NCBI GenBank assembly: GCA_963762145.1
Contig: CAVXJS010000009.1
Coordinates: forward strand, 512,001 to 576,000
Source of the DNA: an uncultured Candidatus Rokubacteria bacterium
GTDB lineage: Bacteria > Methylomirabilota > Methylomirabilia > Rokubacteriales > CSP1-6
Direction of reading: 5' to 3'
Length of the DNA stretch: 64,000 nt
The position numbers and the translations under genes are program-made. Under the pieces are notes generated by a model. That model had not been told where the DNA came from. It saw only the letters and a list, made by a program, of their open reading frames with translations, and searched no databases. Every line of letters starts with the position of its first letter. Within the stretch, counting starts at the first letter, position 1. Below, in pieces: positions 55,102 to 64,000 of this stretch.

Positions 55102-55960
55102 ATGGCCATGACGCCACGGCGCAGCGTGCTGTTCATGCCCGGCTCCAACGCGCGGGCCCTCGACAAGGCGCGCACGCTCCCGGCCGACGCGCTCATCCTG
55201 GACCTGGAAGACGCCGTCGCGCCGGACATGAAGGGGCCGGCTCGGGCCCAGGTCCTGGCCGCGGTACGAGCCGGCGGCTACGGGCGCCGCGAGCTCGTCA
55301 TCCGGGTCAACGCCCCCGGCACGCCCTGGGCGCGCGACGACCTGACCGCGATGGCGAACGCCGGCGTCGGTGCGGTGCTCCTGCCCAAGGTCGAGTCCGC
55401 CGAGACCGTGACCGCGGCGATCGGCCGCCCTGGGCCCGACCCAGGCGGTGTGGTGCATGCTGGAGACACCCCGTGGAATCCTGAACGCGCCCTCGATCGC
55501 TGCCGCGAGCCCGCGCGTCGCCGCACTGGTCATGGGCACCTCGGACCTGACGAAGGATCTCCACGCACGCGCCACGCCCGAGCGCGGCCCGCTCCTGACC
55601 AGCCTCCAGCTGTGCGTGCTCGCGGCGCGCGCCGCCGGGATCACCGCGCTCGACGGCGTCCACCTGGATCTCGACGATGACGCCGGCTTCGCCGCGGCCT
55701 GCCGTCAGGCCGCCGACTTCGGCTTCGACGGCAAGACGCTCATCCACCCCCGGCAGGTCGCCGTCGCCAACGAGGTCTTTGCTCCGACCGCGAGCGACGT
55801 GGACTGGGCGCGCCGGGTGATCGCGGCCCACGCCGACGCCACCGCTCGGGGCCACGCCGTCGTCGTGCTCGACGGCCGCCTGATCGAGAACCTGCACGTC
55901 GACGACGCCCGTCGCGTGCTGACCCTGGCCGACGCGATCGCGGCGCGCGCAACGGGGTGA
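55102..55960 (+). CDS. CitE/HpcH-family CoA-ester lyase; one indel
   Basis: RSVLFMPG, LDLEDAV, IRVN, LPKVES, LETP, GTSDL, GFDGKTLIHP. Confidence 0.88.
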
Positions 55961-55996
55961 GCGGAGGCGAGCGGGCAAGCCGCTCCGTGTGGCACG

Positions 55997-56200
55997 TCAC
56001 GCCGGGAACGCGGGAAGCACGTAGCGGGAGAACATGCGCATCTGGTCGCGCACCTCGTTCACCGTGTTGCCCACGAACAGGGTGGCGCAGAAATGGTCGA
56101 GACCCGCTCGCTCGAACGCGGCCACCTTCTCACAGACCTCGTCCGGATTGCCGATCAGGTTCGCGGTGAGGTAGGCGTCGCGGCTGACGCCTCTCGTTCG
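55997..56200 (-). pseudogene. Isolated 3' fragment of an LLM-class oxidoreductase
   Basis: NLIGNPDEVCEKVAAFERAGLDHF...QMRMFSRYVLPAF looks like an LLM C-terminus; there is no room for the 5' part. Confidence 0.55.
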
Positions 56201-56344
56201 TGCGAGCGAGCCCCTGAAGGACGCCTTGCAGTAGTGCAGGGGCCGGCAGTATACTGCCTCCCCAATTGCGGGTCGCTCTCGTCCCGAGGGACCCGTGTCG
56301 ACACGCAACATCCGCTCGGGCTCGGCAGGATCGGCCGGAGGACC

Positions 56345-57289
56345 ATGGTCCGATTCGTCCTTTCTCGTCTCGGGCAGACCTTGGCCGTGCTCTTCACGGT
56401 CTCGGTGATCATCTTTGCCCTGATGCGGATGATCCCGGGCGACCCGGTCCTGATGCGTCTCGGCGACGATTTCACCCAGGCGGCGTACGACCGCCTCCGC
56501 GGCGAGCTCGGCTTCGACCGCTCCATCGTCACCCAGTACCTCATCTGGATCCGGAACGTCCTCTCCGGCGATCTCGGCGATTCCTTTCTCAATCACGAGC
56601 GCGTCTCCAAGCTGGTGCTCGACGCGTTCGTTCCCACGCTGATCCTGGTGGTGGCCAGCGTGATCGTGGGCACCCTCATCGCGGTGCCCTCGGGTCTCAT
56701 CGCCGCGATGCGGAAGGACTCGGCCTGGGACTACGGGTCGATGGGCTTCGCCATCTTCGTCTACTCGATGCCGTCTTTCTGGAAGGGCATCATCCTGATC
56801 TGGATCTTCAGCGTGTACCTTGGGTGGTTCCCCGCGATGGGTTACGTGGCCCCGTGGACGGACCTCTCGCAGGGCCTCTGGCGTCTCGTCCTGCCCGCGG
56901 TGACCCTCGGCACCTTCTTCTCCGGACTGGTCGCCCGGATCATCCGCTCGAGCGTGCTCGAAGTCCTCGACCAGGACTACGTCAAGGCCGCGCGAGCCCG
57001 CGGCGTCCGCCGGGCCGCGCTCGTCTACAAGCACGCGCTGGCCAACGCCCTCATCCCGGTGGTGACCGTGATCGGGCTGCAGTTCGGGACCCTGCTGGGC
57101 GGCGCGGTGCTGACCGAGACCGTGTTCGCGATCCCGGGGATGGGCCGGCTCTCCGTGAGCGCCATCCTGAACCGGGACTACTCGGTGGTGCAGGGCGCGA
57201 TCCTGGTCGGGGTCCTCGCGGTGGTGGTGGTGAATCTCCTGGTGGACATCCTGTACGCGTTCCTCAACCCCCGTATCCGGGTGGCGTAA
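56345..57289 (+). CDS. Dpp/Opp ABC permease (DppB-like)
   Basis: IPGDP, GDLGDS, DYVKAARARG EAA motif, ETVFAIPGMG, NPRIR. Confidence 0.92.
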   Translation: MVRFVLSRLGQTLAVLFTVSVIIFALMRMIPGDPVLMRLGDDFTQAAYDRLRGELGFDRSIVTQYLIWIRNVLSGDLGDSFLNHERVSKLVLDAFVPTLILVVASVIVGTLIAVPSGLIAAMRKDSAWDYGSMGFAIFVYSMPSFWKGIILIWIFSVYLGWFPAMGYVAPWTDLSQGLWRLVLPAVTLGTFFSGLVARIIRSSVLEVLDQDYVKAARARGVRRAALVYKHALANALIPVVTVIGLQFGTLLGGAVLTETVFAIPGMGRLSVSAILNRDYSVVQGAILVGVLAVVVVNLLVDILYAFLNPRIRVA

Positions 57290-58222
57290 TGGCGTCACCC
57301 CTCGGCGCCGGCGACCGCCCGTTCGATGCCGAGGGCCTGGGCGTTCCCGGCCCGGTGGCCCCCGCCGCGACGACGGGCGGGCATGCGAGCGTCCGCCGCT
57401 GGTGGCGGCGGTTCGCGCGAAACCCCGGCGCCGTGTTCGGGCTCGCGGTGTTCCTCCTGATCGTCGCGATGGCGGCTTTCGCCCCCGTCCTCGCCCCCTA
57501 CGATCCGATCGCCCAAGGCGTGGGCACTGCCCTCGAGCGCCCGTCCGCGGCCCACTGGGCGGGCACCGACAGCTTCGGCCGAGACATCCTGAGCCGGATC
57601 ATCTACGGGGCGCGCGTGGCCCTCGTGGTCGGCATCGTCGCGGTCCTGCTGGCCATGGTCATCGGGGTGACCCTCGGGCTGATCTCGGGGTACTACGGCG
57701 GGATCGTGGACACCGTGATCATGCGGATCATGGACGGCCTTTTCGCGTTTCCCATCATCATCCTGGCGATCGCGATGATGGCGGTGATGGGCTTCGGGGT
57801 GCGTAACGTGATCATCGCCGTCGGGGTCGGCTTCATCGCCCCCTTCGCGCGGGTGACCCGCGGCGACGTCCTCGCGGTGAAGGAGGAGCCCTACATCGAA
57901 GCGGCCCGCCTCGCCGGCGTGGGCAGCTTCGCGATCATCTTCCAGCACGTGCTGCCCAACGTGCTGGCCCCGATCATCGTCCAGGGCGCGCTCCGGGTCT
58001 CGGGCGCCATCATCACCGAGTCCGGCCTGTCGTTCCTTGGGCTCGGCCCGCCGCCGCCCACTCCGGCGTGGGGCTCGCATGATCGCCGAGGGCCAGGCGT
58101 TCATCGTGATGGCGCCCCACGTCTCGACGATTCCCGGCATCGCGCTCATGCTGGCGATCGTCGCGCTCAACCTGCTGGGCGACGGGCTGCGCGATACCCT
58201 CGACCCGCGGATCGCCGGTGAC
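57289..58222 (+). CDS. Dpp/Opp ABC permease (DppC-like); indels
   Basis: [45 protein letters not shown]. Confidence 0.9.
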
Positions 58223-58233
58223 CGGCCGATCCG

Positions 58234-59191
58234 GTGCTGGACGTCAAGAACCTCACGGTCGAGTTCAGCTCGGAGGACGGCGTCGCTGCGCGCGGTGGAC
58301 GCGGTGAGCTTCCAGATCCGGCGCGGGGAGATCGTCGGGCTGGTGGGCGAGTCGGGAGCGGGCAAGTCGCTGACCTCGGAAGCGATCCTCGGCCTGATCC
58401 GCCGGCCCCCTGGCCGGATGGCGGGCGAGGTCTGGTTCGGCGGCCGCGACCTGCTGACCCTCGACGAGACCGCGCTCGCCCGCATCCGCGGCAAGGACAT
58501 CGCGATGATCTTCCAGAACCCGGGCGCCTCGCTGAACCCGGTGTTTCGCGTGGGCGAGCAGATGCTGGAGGCGATGATGCTGCACCTTCCCGAGGGACGG
58601 GCCACGCTGGCCGAGCGCGTGGTCGAAACGTTGGGGCGAGTGGGCATCTCGTCGCCGCGGACGCGCGCCCGCGACTATCCCCACCAGTTCAGCGGGGGCA
58701 TGGCACAGCGGGTGATGATCGGGATGGGGATTTCCTGCACGCCGAGCCTGCTCATCGCGGACGAGCCGACCACCGCGCTCGACGTGACGATCCAGGCGCA
58801 GGTCCTGGCCCTGATCCGGCGGCTCGCCCGCGAGCTCGGGATGGCGGTGCTCCTCGTCTCGCACGACCTCGGGATCATCTCGCAGATGTGCCATCGCGTG
58901 CTCGTCATGTACGCCGGGCGCGTCGTCGAGGAGGCGTCGGTCTCGACGCTCTTCCGCGCGCCCGCCCACCCCTACACCCGCGGGCTGATCGAGTGCCTGC
59001 CCCGACTCGACGGCAATGGCCGGCTCGGCGCCATCGGCGGCGCGATGCCGGGGCTCCGGGCGCTGCCGTCCGGCTGCCGGTTCCATCCCCGCTGTCCCAT
59101 CGCCGAGCCGCGCTGTCGCGACGAGTCCCCGGCGCTCCGGTCCCTCACGGCCGGCCATGCGGCTGCCTGTCACCTCGCGGGAGTGTCGTGA
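58234..59191 (+). CDS. Dpp/Opp ABC ATPase (DppD-like); indel
   Basis: [26 protein letters not shown], Cys-rich C-terminus (CRFHPRC). Confidence 0.92.
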
Positions 59192-60208
59192 CCCGCTCCG
59201 CGCCGTCTGCTCCAAGTTGCCGACCTCGTCAAGCACTTCCCGATTCGCGGCAACCCCCTGGCCGCGCTGTGGCCGGCCGCACGCCTCGCGTGGTGCACGC
59301 CGTCGACGGGGTGAGCTTCGCGATCGAGCCCGGCGAGACGCTCGGGCTGGTCGGAGAGTCGGGCTGCGGCAAGACCACGACCGGCCGACTGGTCCTGCGC
59401 GCCATCGATCCGACGCGCGGCCGCATCATCTTCGAAGGGCAGGACATCACGGCGCTGCCCGCGCGCCGGCTCATGCCGTTCCGTCGAAAGGTCCAGATCG
59501 TCTTCCAGGACCCCTACAGCTCGCTCAACCCGCGGATGACGGTGGGCCGCATGGTGGGTGAGCCCATCCGCGTGCACCGGATCGCGGAGGGCGCGGAGGT
59601 CGAAGCGCGGGTGCGAGCGCTCCTCGATATGGTGGGGCTCTCAGCCCGAGTACTTCCACCGTTACCCGCACGAGCTCTCCGGCGGCCAGCGGCAGCGGGT
59701 GGGCATCGCCCGCGCCCTCGCGGCGGGACCGCGGCTCGTGGTGGCCGACGAGGCGGTCTCGGCGCTCGACGTCTCGGTGCGCGCCCAGATCCTGAATCTG
59801 CTCGTGGACCTGCGCGAGCGTCTGGGCCTGGCCTTCCTCTTTGTCTCCCACGATCTGGGGGTGATCCGCTTCGTGAGCCACCGGGTCGCGGTGATGTACC
59901 TGGGCAAGCTCGTGGAAGTGGCGCCGACCGCCCGGCTGTTCAAGCAGCCGCTGCATCCCTACACCCAGGCGCTGCTGGCCGCCATCCCGGCGGTGGGCGA
60001 CGGCTCCGCGTCGATCTTCGACGACCCGACCCGCCTGCTGGAAGGCGAGCTCCCCAACCCGATCGACCTGCCGCGGGGCTGTCGTTTCGCGAGTCGCTGT
60101 CCCCACCGGATGGCCCGGTGCGATGAGGCGGAGCCCGATCTCCGCGAGGCGGCACCGGGCCACGCCGTCGCGTGCTACCTCTACACCGAAGGAGGAGGAT
60201 CCTCATGA
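59188..60208 (+). CDS. Dpp/Opp ABC ATPase (DppF-like); indels
   Basis: [37 protein letters not shown]. Confidence 0.92.
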
Positions 60209-61871
60209 AGAGTCGCGATGGGTTCGAGGAAGTCAACCGCGAGCTGCGCGAAGGCGCCTGGAGGGACGATCCGGTCTCCCGCCGCGCGATGCTGCAGGCG
60301 CTCGGTCTCACCGCGGCCGGGCTCGCCGCCGGGTTGCCGCTCGAGCGTGCCCGGGGCCGCGCACGGGCAGACGCCGAAGCGGGGCGGCACGATCAAGATC
60401 GGCAGCTTCCAGAACATCGACACGCTGGACGCCCACAACACGACCTTCATCACGGCCTGCGCCATCCACAACAACATCTACAATGGCCTGCTCCGCATCA
60501 CCTCCCCCGACGGCAAGAGCGTGGACTTCAAGCCGGACCTGGCCCGCGAGTGGGAGATGCAGGGCGACCGGGTCCACGTGTTCCGGCTTCACAAGGGCGT
60601 CACCTTCCACAACGGCGATCCGTGCACGTCGGCCGACATCAAATGGAACCTCGAGCGCGTCAAGGACAAGGCGCAGGCGCCCATTCATGCCTGGAAGCTC
60701 GCCCTGCTCGAGTCGATCGAGACGCCCCGACCCGCTCACCATCAAGCTCTCCTTCGCCAAGCCCTATCCGTTCCTCCGCGTCGCCTTCACCGGCTCCACC
60801 GGCCGGGCCGCCACCATCCTGTCGCCTCGCGCGGTCAAGGAGAAGGGCAAGGTCTACGGCCGGAGCCCGGTGGGGACCGGCCCGTTCAAGTTCGTCGAGT
60901 GGAAGGAGGGCGACTTCATCTCCCTCGAGCGCTTCGCGGACTACTGGGAGAAGGACGCCGGCGGCGGCAAGCTGCCGTACGCCGACAAGCTGCTCATCAA
61001 GTTCATCATCGAGCCCTCGACGCTGGTCGCCGCGCTCAAGACCGGTGAAGTGGACGGTATCAACAACGTGTCACCTCAGTTCGTCGCCGAACTCCGCAAG
61101 GACCCCAAGCTCACCGTGTCCACCGCGGTGGGTGGCAACTGGCGATGCCTGCACATGAACCTGGCCAAGGAGCCCTTCTCGGACAAGAACCTCCGCAAGG
61201 CGGTGGCCTTTGCCATCGACCGAAAGGAGATCCTGGATCGGGTCGAGTTCGGCGAGGGCATCATTGCCCACGGCCCCATCTCCCCGCCCATGGGCGGTTT
61301 CTACGACCCCGCCTTCGAGACCGGCAAGAATGGGCAGTACTTCGACCTCGAGCAGGCCAAGCAGCTCATGAAGCAGTCCAAGTACCCGAACGGCACCGAG
61401 GTGATGCTCCTCTCCGGCAATGCGGGCACCGGCCCGCGCCAGGCCGAGGTGCTCCAGGCCCAGCTCGCCAAGATCGGTATCAAGGTCAATATCGAGCTCG
61501 CGGATGCCCCCACGTTCCGGCGCCGCTGGCTGCAGGAGAAGCAGTGGGATCTGGTGCAGGTCCAGTGGGACGCCGATCTCGACCCCGATGAGACGCTGTA
61601 CCCCGAGCTGCACTCCTCCGAGGCGTGGAACGCCGGCCGGTGGGTCAACGCGGACTTCGACAAGATGGTCGAGGGCGCCCGGTCCGAGGCCGACTTCAAG
61701 AAGCGCAAGAAGTTCTACGACGAGGCAGTGCGACTCATCGTCGAGGACGCGCCGGTGGCCATCCTGCTCCACCTGAACGAGCAGAAGGTCTTCCACAAGT
61801 ACGTCAAGGGCTTCCAGATGGTTCCCGCGGGGCTGATCGACATGCACCGGGTGTGGCTGGATAAAGCGTAG
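60205..61871 (+). CDS. Dpp/Opp family 5 substrate-binding protein with a Tat signal; indels
   Basis: SRRAML twin-arginine motif, [24 protein letters not shown]. Confidence 0.9.
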
Positions 61872-61880
61872 GCGGCGGCA

Positions 61881-61918
61881 CCCCTCACCCTACCCTCTCC
61901 CCCTCACGGGGGAGAGGG
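61881..61918. repeat. REP-like palindromic element between convergent genes
   Basis: cccctcaccctaccctctccccctcacgggggagaggg. Confidence 0.85.
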
Positions 61919-61975
61919 CGGCGGTGTGCGAGCGCGCCCTTGCATCACACCCGCATGGCGGCGGCGAGCCCGCCG

Positions 61976-63010
61976 CTACGGAAGCAGGTGCCTGGAGAAA
62001 TAAGCCGCGATCTTGCGGTCGACCTCGGGCAGTGCGGTCCGGTTGAAGCCCGGCGGGTCCTTCAACAGCTCGCCGACCAGCCCGGTGAGACCGGGCGGCA
62101 GAGGTGACAGCAGCGCCCCATGACCGCCCTCGCGGATGTCGGCAACTGTCTCGCAAGCCGCGCATGCCTTGAGGACCGCGTCTCCATGAAAGCGAGGCAC
62201 GAGCCACGCATCGTGACGGGCCGTCACCAGCCCCAACGGCACGGGCGGTGCCGCAAGCGAGTTCATGTCGAAGTCGGCGGCGTATGGCACCGCCGCGACG
62301 ATCGCGGCGACGCGGGGGTCGGAGTGGGTCTGCCACGTCGCATCCCGGAACTTGAAGCGAATCACCCACAGCGCAAGCGTCTGGGTGGCCCCGTCAAGGA
62401 AGTTGCGCTGGCGCCGGACCGCGAGACCGACGCAGGAGTAGAAGTCGTCGGCGATGTGAGCCTCACAGTGCTCCTTGAAGCGCGCCGGGGACCACCGGCC
62501 GCCCGCCAGGCTCAACGCGGTGTGGCCGCCCGCCGACATGCCGTACACGCCGACCTTGTCCAGCGCCAGCAGCGGCTTGAAGCGTGAGTCTTGCGCGACC
62601 GCGTCGATCGCGCGCGACACCTCGGCCGGCCGCCGGCGCCAGCTCTCGGGCCCGGGCGTGCTGTGGTCCTTGACATTGTCGCCCCGGTGCTCGGGCATCG
62701 CCACGACGAAGCCGACATCCACCAGAGCGCGCGCCAGGTTCGAGTGCACCCACGGCGAGCCACCCGAGCCGTGCGACATGACGACGAGCCGTCCGTTGCC
62801 GCGCGCGGGAGCCCCCTGCCAGGCCATCTGGAAGGTGAACGGCCCGCGCTTGAGCGTCTGCGCCTCGCTGCTGGACGGGTAGTAGATGGTGACGGGGCCG
62901 TCGCCGTCCTTGCCGGCGATCTCGGTTAGCCCGACCGCAGCCTCTGCGGTCGCGAGCCGGAGAAGAGCAGTGAGCAGGAACCCGGCCGCGATGTGACTTG
63001 GCAAGATCAT
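61976..63010 (-). CDS. Secreted alpha/beta hydrolase (dienelactone hydrolase-like)
   Basis: Signal peptide, SHGSGG, nucleophile elbow GMSAGG, GGH. Confidence 0.82.
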   Translation of the reverse strand: MILPSHIAAGFLLTALLRLATAEAAVGLTEIAGKDGDGPVTIYYPSSSEAQTLKRGPFTFQMAWQGAPARGNGRLVVMSHGSGGSPWVHSNLARALVDVGFVVAMPEHRGDNVKDHSTPGPESWRRRPAEVSRAIDAVAQDSRFKPLLALDKVGVYGMSAGGHTALSLAGGRWSPARFKEHCEAHIADDFYSCVGLAVRRQRNFLDGATQTLALWVIRFKFRDATWQTHSDPRVAAIVAAVPYAADFDMNSLAAPPVPLGLVTARHDAWLVPRFHGDAVLKACAACETVADIREGGHGALLSPLPPGLTGLVGELLKDPPGFNRTALPEVDRKIAAYFSRHLLP

Positions 63011-63075
63011 GCGCTATCCAGAGATGGTACCCCTCGTGCCACGCAAGCAGGTGGGACGCGTGCCCGGGCGGCGCC

Positions 63076-64000
63076 TCAGAACCGCTCGGTGGCGCCTCCG
63101 CCCCCGAATCTCCCGCCCTCGCCCGCGAAGCCGGGTCGGTCCACGACCGCCGCGGGCGTGAGCGTGGCGACCACCGGCACGACCTCGAGCGCGCGCTGCC
63201 GCCGCTCGTCCGAGAACAGAGGCTCCGCGGTGAAGCCGCCGATCTCCCGCCCGGGGGCCCGCCGCAGCATCCGCTCGACCGCAGGCGCCAGCATCACCAC
63301 CGCAGCCCCGGCCAGGACCAGTACCACCCAGAGCGGCGCCCCCCGCACGTAGTGACGCAGGGTGAGGAGCGAGCAGGCGGCGAGGACGATGCCGGTGTCG
63401 AGCAGGAGCGTGCGCCGCGAGCCCACGCCCCAGGCCAGCACCACCACCGGGACGATCGCGGTGGCGGCCGCCGCCAGCACGCCCGTCCCCGGCCACCGGA
63501 GGCCGGGCTCCGGCGAGAAGCGCGCGACGCTCTCGAGGAGACGCGCGTCCAGCGAGTAGGCGTTGACCGCCGCGTACACCGCGACGATCCCGCCCACGAG
63601 CAGGACGGCCGCCGAGCGGCGGTGCGAGGGAGCCCAGGCCGCGGCGTCCAGTCGACGCGCGCCCGCGCCGGCGAGCGCCACCCCGCCCAGCAGCCAGAGG
63701 AGACGACCGTTGGGCAGCCGCGCCAGGAACAGGAACAGAGAGGCGGCGGCCAGGGCGGCGAAGAGCGGGCTCCCCCACCGTCGGCAACCGGCGGCCCACA
63801 CGAGCGTGCTCGCGATCAGGAGCAGGTCGATCCCGTTGTCGAGCCGAAGCCGGAGCGTCTCGCCGAGGAAGAGCGCGAGGCCGACCAGGAGGAATCCGAC
63901 GCCGAGCACGGCGGTCGCGCCCGCCGCGCCCCGCCGGGCGAGCCGCGGCGACGCCTCCAGCCGGTCGGTCACCACGAGACACGCCCCGGCGAACAGGAGC
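63076..64000 (-). CDS. Polytopic membrane protein of unknown function (5' end beyond the window)
   Basis: Multiple hydrophobic segments; C-terminal GGRFGGGGATERF. Confidence 0.7.
   Translation of the reverse strand, partial: LLFAGACLVVTDRLEASPRLARRGAAGATAVLGVGFLLVGLALFLGETLRLRLDNGIDLLLIASTLVWAAGCRRWGSPLFAALAAASLFLFLARLPNGRLLWLLGGVALAGAGARRLDAAAWAPSHRRSAAVLLVGGIVAVYAAVNAYSLDARLLESVARFSPEPGLRWPGTGVLAAAATAIVPVVVLAWGVGSRRTLLLDTGIVLAACSLLTLRHYVRGAPLWVVLVLAGAAVVMLAPAVERMLRRAPGREIGGFTAEPLFSDERRQRALEVVPVVATLTPAAVVDRPGFAGEGGRFGGGGATERF

Overview
This is a very GC-rich bacterial chromosomal window. Gene content and the REP-like repeats suggest Candidatus Rokubacteria/Methylomirabilota or a similar diderm lineage (inference only). 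Many genes carry 1-nt indels, densest at about 13-18.4 kb, 22-25.5 kb, 31.7-34 kb and 42-48 kb. These also hit essential genes (alaS, recA, polA, ftsK, murA), so I treat them as long-read assembly errors. Housekeeping backbone: rarA, ddl, murG, maf, rlmI-like, alaS, recX, pilT, recA, thpR, cinA, pgpA, rimO, yajQ, lolA, ftsK, rnj, rsmA, coaE, polA, murA. Accessory modules: (1) a divergent polyamine cluster (speD-speE / pyruvoyl arginine decarboxylase-speB) with a Thermus-type aminopropyltransferase; (2) a six-gene HAD / NTP-transferase / ATP-grasp / class III aminotransferase / Gfo-Idh-MocA dehydrogenase / DIPPS-like CDP-alcohol phosphotransferase cluster that may make an (amino)cyclitol-phosphate lipid or solute; (3) a TonB-dependent copper-type uptake operon headed by an apparently leaderless uORF that ends in the ribosome-arrest motif RAPP and has a His-rich motif in place of CxxC; (4) a fasciclin / cupredoxin / His-rich tandem-domain protein module with two matching ECF-like promoters; (5) Asp-type MurA next to a degenerate class A beta-lactamase-like protein and a racemase; (6) flavin monooxygenases, a CitE-like lyase and a Dpp/Opp ABC transporter. 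Non-coding features: a REP-like palindrome family, a 21-bp tandem repeat, and a 46-bp inverted repeat whose mismatches are all G-U compatible. I recognised no rRNA, tRNA, CRISPR, transposase or prophage.
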